From: Oligoflexia bacterium
GTDB taxonomy: Bacteria > Bdellovibrionota > Bdellovibrionia > JABDDW01
DNA length: 16,513 bases
Assembly (NCBI GenBank): GCA_043732305.1
Contig: JAYTHU010000044.1
Span: forward strand, 1 to 16,513
Direction of reading: 5' to 3'
Part shown: in pieces, positions 7,484 through 14,493 of the stretch
How the letters are laid out: every line of letters starts with the position of its first letter
How positions within the stretch are numbered: the stretch's first letter is position 1
Position numbers and translations under genes: made by a program
The notes under the pieces: generated by a model
Seen by the model: only the letters and a program-made list of their open reading frames with translations
What the model was told of the DNA's origin: nothing
Databases searched by the model: none

Positions 7484-8548
7484 ATGAAATTTGAGATCGC
7501 ATCTTTGATATTTTTAGTTTCTATTTTGTCTGTCCCCTTCGCGCGAGCCGAAGACACTTCATCAAAAACTGAGCCCCCAACTGCAAATACAAAAGATGAT
7601 CGTAAGAGTTTTAATTTATATATTGAAAACGACACCAAAAAATTAGGCGGACCTGGCTCTGATAGCAATTACACGAATGGAATTAGATTTTCCGTTTTGT
7701 ATGCTACCAATCTAGAGCCTAAATGGGCTAAATATATTCCGTGGATCGACAATCTTTTTAAAGAGAAAACTTTTAATTTTTCTCTGGGTCTCGGACAACA
7801 GATTTATACACCCGAAGATCTCACACGTTCAGATGCTCAAAGTAATGACCGCCCGTATGCCGGGTGGTTGTATCTCAGTCCTTCACTCAATGTGATCGGA
7901 GATAAAACAGTAGATACTTATGGAATAGATTTTGGCGTGATTGGTCCACCGTCGTTTGGCCGAGAAGTTCAACGTGAATTTCATAGAGCCATTACGGTGG
8001 GTCTTCCCCAAGGTTGGGATCATCAGTTGGGAGCAGAAATTGGATTTGTCCTAAATTTTCAAAGACAATATCGATTTTTAGAAGTGATCCAAAAATCAGG
8101 ATGGAAAATGTTTGATACAATTCCTTTTTTCGGAGGAAGTCTCGGGAACATTTATACCGGTGGCGGTGTCGGAGGGCTCTTTAGATTTGGTTATAATATT
8201 TCTTCTGACTTCGGCCCCACCAGACCGTCTGGCCAAGACAACGATCCCATCGTTCAACCAACCATAATGAATTATTCGGAAAATATTCGGTCTTGGGAAT
8301 ATTATGCATTTGGCGGACTCAAAGGTTCTGCGGTGGCCCATAATATTTTTCTTGATGGGAACTCCTTTCAGGATTCTCTGCGTGTGACTCGCGTTCCCTT
8401 TTTGCTTGAGTATGAGGGTGGAGTTTTTATTCGATTCAAAAGTGTTGGCCTGACATGGAGTCAGATCAGTCGCACTCCAGAATTCTATGAAACATACAAA
8501 CCGCACACTTTCGCATCGGTAAGTCTGTCCTACGGATCTCGATTTTAG
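7484..8548 (+). CDS. lpxR: Lipid A 3'-O-deacylase LpxR family outer-membrane enzyme (DUF2219)
   Basis: Signal peptide; motifs YIENDT...DSNYTNG, GQQIYTP, DRPYAGWLY, GVIGPPSFG...VQ..FH, GWDHQL, GSLGN, NIFLDGN; C-terminal Phe. Confidence 0.9.
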   Translation: MKFEIASLIFLVSILSVPFARAEDTSSKTEPPTANTKDDRKSFNLYIENDTKKLGGPGSDSNYTNGIRFSVLYATNLEPKWAKYIPWIDNLFKEKTFNFSLGLGQQIYTPEDLTRSDAQSNDRPYAGWLYLSPSLNVIGDKTVDTYGIDFGVIGPPSFGREVQREFHRAITVGLPQGWDHQLGAEIGFVLNFQRQYRFLEVIQKSGWKMFDTIPFFGGSLGNIYTGGGVGGLFRFGYNISSDFGPTRPSGQDNDPIVQPTIMNYSENIRSWEYYAFGGLKGSAVAHNIFLDGNSFQDSLRVTRVPFLLEYEGGVFIRFKSVGLTWSQISRTPEFYETYKPHTFASVSLSYGSRF

Positions 8549-8615
8549 TGCTCGTTTACGTCAAATAAATTGAAACGATGACCTTACTCACTAAGCGCTG
8601 AAGCTTATGAAAAGC

Positions 8616-8631
8616 CGGCTTGTGCTTTGCA
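8616..8631 (+). promoter_or_regulatory. sigma54-like -24/-12 promoter
   Basis: CGGCTTGTGCTTTGCA with GG-N10-GC spacing, followed by GGGA and ATG 8653. Confidence 0.4.
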
Positions 8632-8652
8632 TTATTGCATGAAGTGGGATCA

Positions 8653-9117
8653 ATGAAATTCATTCTCTTATTTTTGATCGTGAATGTGACGACATTGTTT
8701 GTCGTGTTTGCTTCCGTGACAAATCCCATATCGAATCTTTCATATATTGAAAAGCTGTCCACCATTCGCATCGCAGCGTCATCGGGTTCAGGCAATGGTC
8801 ATCAATCTATGGACGCAACTGTCATGACCAAGCTCCGCCAACTGGACGATAAAAGCGAAATAGAAATAATTTAATAATCCGTCAGTGATAAAAATAAATT
8901 AGAATTTTTACTTCCTCGTTTTGATCTTCAAGGTTCAGACACCCAATATTTTCGAGGGAGAAAAATGAAATCCGCCTCACTTGCCTACTTCAAAGCACAT
9001 GCGGTGGAGTTTCCATCGATTAATTTTGGTTTAATTGGGGAGGACGTGCGTACTTTTGACTTGAAAAACTTGAGAGAAAGAACTCCTTTGAGACTTCAAC
9101 TTCTTTTGTGGACTTGA
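8653..9117 (+). pseudogene. Degraded secreted protein gene (in-frame TAA TAA)
   Basis: Signal-like MKFILLFLIVNVTTLFVVFA, then IRIAASSGSGNGHQS...VMTKLRQL...EIEII. After TAA TAA (8872-8877) the same frame stays open for about 79 codons (SVSDKNKLEFLLPRFDLQGSDTQYF...LRLQLLLWT) to TGA 9115-9117. Confidence 0.55.
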
Positions 9118-9269
9118 GGGTCAGGCTTTAATTGTGCTGGTAAGTTGCGTTTCCAATCAAAAAAGTTCCTGCAACAACCGTTAAGCTTAAACAAAGACAA
9201 ACTTTTTTGAGGATTACTGTGCGAATTTTTTATTTCGCTAAGATTGCTGACATGATGTAGGCTTTAGGC

Positions 9270-10253
9270 ATGAATAAAATCGGGTGCCTAACACTGTGTC
9301 TTTCTCTATTTTCTTTCCACATTGCTTTCGCGGAAACTTACAGCACAGAAAGCCGGGCCATCAAATCCGTGACGACAACCTACAAGGCGAATCCAAAAGC
9401 CGCAGATTTTTTGGAAGCGATCAAACCGCAAATTCCAAAAGGATTGTATTCTGAAATGAAACGTCATTTGAAGAATCTTGATGATGGACTATTGCCCAAA
9501 ATAAGCAGCGACGGTGACACCCTCACTATTTCTGGCAAGAAAAACACTCTCATATTTTTGAAAGTGATTTCTGCTACCAAGCAGATTTTTTCCATCAATG
9601 GGAAAGTTCTAGATTTTTCTTTGGTGAAAAACATGGGTCAGCGCTATCAAATGATTGAAGATGCAATTCCCAGGACTTACGGAAAAAATATTCACTTTAA
9701 TCTGAGCCAAAATTCGGCTATAGCCGATGACTCTTCAAATTTATTAAGAATAGGCGGTCCAATTGGAATCGGCGCAGCGTTCACCGTGTTTGCCGTAGGT
9801 GGACCGATGAGCAAATGGGGATGGGCCATCTTGGCGGTGTCATGGGTTATCTGGAATGATGGCATTTGCGATGATATTGGCAAGCAACGAGAAACGTGTT
9901 TTTTCCAACGCAAGATTTTGGAAACTAAGATTAAGAAAGATAAAAATTTTTCTGACGCCATGGATTCAAGAGTACGTCCTGATTGCTCAAAACATGAAAC
10001 ATCGAGCGAAGAAACAGAAACCATGAACAACCTAAAGAATTTAGTACATGATGTTGATGAAGAACAAAGAGCTCTTGCGATGTGTTTGGATAATAAACAA
10101 AAAGACCTTCTCCAATGCACTCAAGATTACAGCATGCTGTCTTTTTACTCGTGTCTCTATATTCCCAAAGGTCTCACGGGACATCTCAGGCCTTGGGCAA
10201 AAAAAGTCCTAGAAACTTCCGGTGATACAACCACTCCAAAAAGAGTGAATTAG
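9270..10253 (+). CDS. Secreted hypothetical protein with internal hydrophobic hairpin and Cys-rich C-terminus
   Basis: Signal peptide ending AFA; segment IGGPIGIGAAFTVFAVGGPMSKWGWAILAVSWVIW; six Cys in the C-terminal about 130 aa; 327-aa ORF. Confidence 0.75.
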   Translation: MNKIGCLTLCLSLFSFHIAFAETYSTESRAIKSVTTTYKANPKAADFLEAIKPQIPKGLYSEMKRHLKNLDDGLLPKISSDGDTLTISGKKNTLIFLKVISATKQIFSINGKVLDFSLVKNMGQRYQMIEDAIPRTYGKNIHFNLSQNSAIADDSSNLLRIGGPIGIGAAFTVFAVGGPMSKWGWAILAVSWVIWNDGICDDIGKQRETCFFQRKILETKIKKDKNFSDAMDSRVRPDCSKHETSSEETETMNNLKNLVHDVDEEQRALAMCLDNKQKDLLQCTQDYSMLSFYSCLYIPKGLTGHLRPWAKKVLETSGDTTTPKRVN

Positions 10254-10506
10254 CAGGGGATCAAAATATGATTAAATGCATTATGGCGTTGGGGAAGTTT
10301 CTGTTGGGAGCAACTTCGTTTGCCATTTCCAATAAAGAGCCGGCGTGGGCTTAGGGCCGCGAAGTAAAACCTGATCAAATTGAAGTTCTGCAAATTAATA
10401 GTCGCCCGCACAATCCTTGGAAATATATTTGGTATACAGCAACTGCCTCCTGTAACAGCCCTGATAAAGTCGCGGAGTTTGTACAGCACTATTTTGATCA
10501 GTGCTT

Positions 10507-10875
10507 CTACAGAGATTGCCGAATAATTATAGCCATCTCTTTCATGTCAAAAGGCTTGGGAAATATTCTAATAGCTCCGAGAAGTTTAGCCTCTTGTTCG
10601 GTAATATCAGCATAGCCTGTGTATAAAAAAACCTTCGGCTTAGGTGAAAGCGATTGATTAATATTTTTAATCAACTCAATACCATCGCCACCAGGCATAC
10701 GGACGTCTGATAGAACGACATCAAAATAGCTTTTCTTTAAAAGTTCAAATGCCAGAAGGCCATTTTCTACACCGACTACAGTAGCGCCACGAAACTCAAG
10801 ACATTCCATGATAACATCACGCAAATCACGCTCATCCTCAACTACCAAAATAGTAATTCCGATAAGAATCTTCAT
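10507..10875 (-). CDS. Single-domain response regulator (CheY-like receiver)
   Basis: ILVVEDE, phosphoacceptor in VVLSDVRMPGGDG, YTG, and KPF motifs; 4-nt overlap with the kinase. Confidence 0.93.
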   Translation of the reverse strand: MKILIGITILVVEDERDLRDVIMECLEFRGATVVGVENGLLAFELLKKSYFDVVLSDVRMPGGDGIELIKNINQSLSPKPKVFLYTGYADITEQEAKLLGAIRIFPKPFDMKEMAIIIRQSL

Positions 10876-12887
10876 GCCGTCTTTCCATTTTTCCCTGTTT
10901 GCTTCAAAGGAAGGAGCAGAACGAAAGTCGTATTCTTATAGCTTCGATCATAAACAAGACTGCCACCATGGGTTTCTACAATGTTTTTTGAAATGCTTAA
11001 TCCTAGGCCAGTCCCCTTGCCAACTTCTTTTGTGGTAAAAAAAGGCTGCATTAATTTTTTTGCCGTTACCTCAGAGATGCCAGCTCCACTGTCAGTAAAT
11101 GTAGCTTTTATTTTTGCGCCGTCGACTGTGACTTTAATATCGATATGCTTTTCTAACAAATTCTCAATGGCATCAGAGGAGTTTGAGAGAAGATTCATAA
11201 CCACTTGAGACAGTTGGGCCTGCCTTGCCTCAATATTGATTGAGGCATCGCATGAAAGTTTTATTTCAACATTTTTATTCTTAAAACGTTCATTACACAG
11301 GGTAATTGTGTTTTCGAGAACTTCTCTAAAGTTAGTGATTTCGAACGGATCATTTTTAGCGTCTCGTGAGTAAGTTCTCAGTCCAATGATTATCTTGGCA
11401 ATTCTTGCGACCGTAGTTTTTATAGTACGAAGATCTTTGGCCCCCGAAGTTAAATCGAAACTGTCATCTTCAATTTTTTCCAGAAGAATTTCGGCTTTCC
11501 CCTGTATGACAGCAAGGGGGGTGTTGATCTCATGAGCAATCCCGCCCGCCATTTCACCCAAAGTTGACAATCGCGAGGATTCACCTAGTTGGGCTTCAAG
11601 ATGGCGTCGTTTCAACTCTGTTTCTTTTGAGTCAGTAATATCACTCGTAATAACTAAAAAACTCATAACAACAGATTCTTCGACAACCGGAATATAATTG
11701 ATTAGTAAAACCCGAACTTCTCCATTGGATTGTGACATCTCTCTTTCGAACGTTTGGGAGTTTCCATTCAATACATTTTTTATTTCAGGCAAGAAGCTTT
11801 CAAAAAGCTCTTTCCCGAGAATTTCCTCCATTGGTCGGCCTCTTATTTCCGCGAGACTCTTCCCGAAATAACTTGCATAGGATACATTAGCACTAAGGTT
11901 CAATAGGTCACGACTCCAATGTCCAACACGTGCGGGCAGACCATTGAGAATTAGCTCCAAATGTTTTGTGTTGTTGGCATGCATTTGCCTAAGGAGAGTT
12001 TGACTAGTGATATCGGTAAAACTCACGACGACCCCTGACAGCTTTGAAGATTCATTGAGGAAAAGTGGCGTCCCACTCACTAGCAACCACATCACGTCAG
12101 TTTCAGATTTACGAATCCCAACAACGAGCTTGTGAGTCCTTCGTGTTTTTAGGACTAAAGTTGCGGGATGATCTTTCGCATCGAGGGCCAATCCATCTTC
12201 AGTAAATGCTTCCCAAGTTGGCCCTGTTCCCATTCTTGTAAACATCTCATCGTGAGTGAGGCCAAGAATTTTCATTGCGGCGGGATTAAAATCGATAAGC
12301 GTAGCCTCAGCATTCCACAATATGACGCCATCCGAAATATTGTCCAAAGATATTTTCTTAATTTGGAGAATTTCCTCAGACAACTTAATTTTATTTAGTT
12401 GAACTTTTAAATCCAAGAGCCGACTGATTTGATTCGAAAGAGCCTTTAATGAATTGAGTTGTTCTTTACTTAGAATCCGCGGTTTGGAATCTATCACGCA
12501 TAGTGTGCCAATGGGAAAGCCATCCGGCGAAATTAGAGGCGCACCCGCATAAAATTGAACTTTGAGTCCGCCTGTGACCATGGGATTGTCACTAAATCTT
12601 TCGTCTTTAGAGGCATCGTTAACGACAAAAACTTCTTCACCCAAAATCGCATGCGCACAAAAAGCAAATTCTCTTGGAGTCTCGGTTGCCGTAAAACCTA
12701 CCTTAGACTTAAACCATTGTCGTTTATCATCAATGAGGGAAATAACTGCTATTGGAGTGTCACAAATTTGAGATGCAACAAGAGCGATGTCATCAAAATC
12801 AGCTTCAGGCAATGAATCTAAAATATTTAATGATTTTAATGATTCAAGACGAACTTTTTCATTTTTTGGCTTCGGGGCTGATTTCAT
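10872..12887 (-). CDS. Cytoplasmic GAF-PAS-PAS sensor histidine kinase
   Basis: GAF (RLESLKSLNILD...QWFKSKVG...FCAHAI...FYAGAPL...GTLCVID), two PAS-like segments, H-box GIAHEINTPL, N-box QVVMNLLSNSSDA, DSGAG, PFFTTK, GTGLGL; no TM segment. Confidence 0.93.
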   Translation of the reverse strand: MKSAPKPKNEKVRLESLKSLNILDSLPEADFDDIALVASQICDTPIAVISLIDDKRQWFKSKVGFTATETPREFAFCAHAILGEEVFVVNDASKDERFSDNPMVTGGLKVQFYAGAPLISPDGFPIGTLCVIDSKPRILSKEQLNSLKALSNQISRLLDLKVQLNKIKLSEEILQIKKISLDNISDGVILWNAEATLIDFNPAAMKILGLTHDEMFTRMGTGPTWEAFTEDGLALDAKDHPATLVLKTRRTHKLVVGIRKSETDVMWLLVSGTPLFLNESSKLSGVVVSFTDITSQTLLRQMHANNTKHLELILNGLPARVGHWSRDLLNLSANVSYASYFGKSLAEIRGRPMEEILGKELFESFLPEIKNVLNGNSQTFEREMSQSNGEVRVLLINYIPVVEESVVMSFLVITSDITDSKETELKRRHLEAQLGESSRLSTLGEMAGGIAHEINTPLAVIQGKAEILLEKIEDDSFDLTSGAKDLRTIKTTVARIAKIIIGLRTYSRDAKNDPFEITNFREVLENTITLCNERFKNKNVEIKLSCDASINIEARQAQLSQVVMNLLSNSSDAIENLLEKHIDIKVTVDGAKIKATFTDSGAGISEVTAKKLMQPFFTTKEVGKGTGLGLSISKNIVETHGGSLVYDRSYKNTTFVLLLPLKQTGKNGKTA

Positions 12888-12893
12888 AATGAA

Positions 12894-12901
12894 TTATCGG
12901 A
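12894..12901 (-). promoter_or_regulatory. sigma28-like -10 element directly upstream of the kinase ATG
   Basis: Minus strand TCCGATAA, 6 nt before ATG 12887; no SD; the -35 match is poor. Confidence 0.4.
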
Positions 12902-13090
12902 TTATTAATACAAAAGTAGAAGTCAAGATGCCCAGATTCAGTTTTTTTGTTGAAATGCTTGTGCCTCTGGCGCTTGCAAATAATGGGTTTGTTAAGCAAG
13001 ATCCAAATTTTCGCAGTTCTCTCAGATAATTCAAAACCAGCGGTCCGAGCTGTGCTAGAAAAGAGCCCGAGACAAAGCCCGAGAAAAGAC

Positions 13091-13118
13091 TCAAGTCTTT
13101 GGTCTATCCTGCCGATGA
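13091..13118 (+). promoter_or_regulatory. sigma28 (FliA)-like promoter
   Basis: TCAAG-N15-GCCGATGA, upstream of the vWA lipoprotein gene. Confidence 0.55.
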
Positions 13119-13211
13119 ATTGCTTGAGCATGAAATAATTGAAACGTTTGTTGAAAGCTTAAATAACGCTGTATGTACGCTGGAAAAAAAGCTTCGCCAA
13201 TGGAGGCGTAC

Positions 13212-14390
13212 ATGTACAGCTATATGAAATTTTCGGTGTTGTTTTCTGTCGCTATTTTATCGATGGCAGGTTGCGGAAATAAAAACGGAAGCTTTAGTAC
13301 TTTGCCGACGGGACAATCTTTTATGCAATCCAATTCTAGATTCAACAATCAGCTGGATATACTATGGGTCGTTGATAACTCTGGCTCAATGAGTCCACTT
13401 CAGGCAAACATGACTAGCAATTTCACCAGTTTCATCAATACCTTTCAAAACAAGGGTTATGATTACAGAATGACCGTCACCACGACCGATGCGTACAAAG
13501 CGAATAAAAAATTTTCTCAGTATAGTTCCTCCAATGACGGCTTATCTTTGTTTCAAGACGGTGCGCCCGGATACAATCCATCCAACGTGTTTGTTATTAT
13601 CCCGACCACTCCGAACCAAAACAGCGTATTTGTTACTAATGCAACCACTGGAATCAATGGCTCAGGTGATGAGAGAGCTTTTTCCAGTATGATGACCGCG
13701 TTGAATAATCCTTCAAATCCCAGTTTTTTAAGACCAAATTCCTTTTTTGCAATCATCATATTATCTGACGAAGATGATTTCAGTCTGTACAGCCGAACTG
13801 AAGGCAGCTGGAATGGAAATGCAGCTCTCGACCACTGTTACGCGGATCCCACGTTGGACGGAGCGGCCACGACCGCATACTCTGGCAATACTCACGTTTC
13901 CACCTGTGCTAGTCAGACACCTCCAGATAGTGTCAATTCTTATGTCACCGCCTTGGACACACTCACAAACTCCACCGGTGCAACCCGAAGATACAACGTC
14001 TCCGCTATCACAGTTTTAGATAGCGCTTGCCAACAGCAACACTCAGGAGACCCCTCTTCCTTCATGTCCGTCATTGGCCAGCGTTACATGCAATTGTCCA
14101 ACGCAACCAATGGCACTTTAGGAAGTATCTGTGACAGTTCCTATGCTACGGCTCTAAACAATATCCAGAGTCAAATCACGGAACTTAGCACTCAGTTCTT
14201 CTTGAAGAGTGTTCCCCAAATAAATTCAATAGTGGTGCAGGTCAACGGAGCGACAATTCCAAACAACACCGCAAATGGATGGACTTATAATTCAGCAGCT
14301 AACTCAATCCTATTTCATGGCACTGGCATCCCTTCACAAAACGCTATTATAAATGTCGCGTTTATTCCTTCAAATTTAAATGGAAATTGA
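13212..14390 (+). CDS. vWA/MIDAS-domain lipoprotein (putative adhesin)
   Basis: Start re-called to ATG 13212 (GGAGG at 13202-13206); lipobox SMAG-C; MIDAS DILWVVDNSGSM, later VTTTD, and IIILSDEDD; C-terminal beta domain GWTYNSAANSILF; Asn/Ser/Thr-rich. Confidence 0.82.
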   Translation: MYSYMKFSVLFSVAILSMAGCGNKNGSFSTLPTGQSFMQSNSRFNNQLDILWVVDNSGSMSPLQANMTSNFTSFINTFQNKGYDYRMTVTTTDAYKANKKFSQYSSSNDGLSLFQDGAPGYNPSNVFVIIPTTPNQNSVFVTNATTGINGSGDERAFSSMMTALNNPSNPSFLRPNSFFAIIILSDEDDFSLYSRTEGSWNGNAALDHCYADPTLDGAATTAYSGNTHVSTCASQTPPDSVNSYVTALDTLTNSTGATRRYNVSAITVLDSACQQQHSGDPSSFMSVIGQRYMQLSNATNGTLGSICDSSYATALNNIQSQITELSTQFFLKSVPQINSIVVQVNGATIPNNTANGWTYNSAANSILFHGTGIPSQNAIINVAFIPSNLNGN

Positions 14391-14493
14391 ATTTCTAACT
14401 TAAGTCTTTGATTTTTATGAATTAGCTAAAAATGCGTTGGCGGAATTCCGAATTAACCGCTCTTGAACAAGCTGTTCAGGGTTTAAATTTGAA

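Noticed and set aside
8872..10354. Stop-codon reassignment or read-through suggested by in-frame stops
   Set aside because: The interrupting stops are of all three types, and TAA, TAG and TGA all terminate intact genes in this window.
10250..10489. 79-aa minus-strand ORF after the response regulator
   Set aside because: No RBS or motif and atypical composition; likely spurious.
12787..13138. Several overlapping short ORFs between the kinase and the vWA gene
   Set aside because: Mutually overlapping and featureless; the region is better explained as a divergent promoter.
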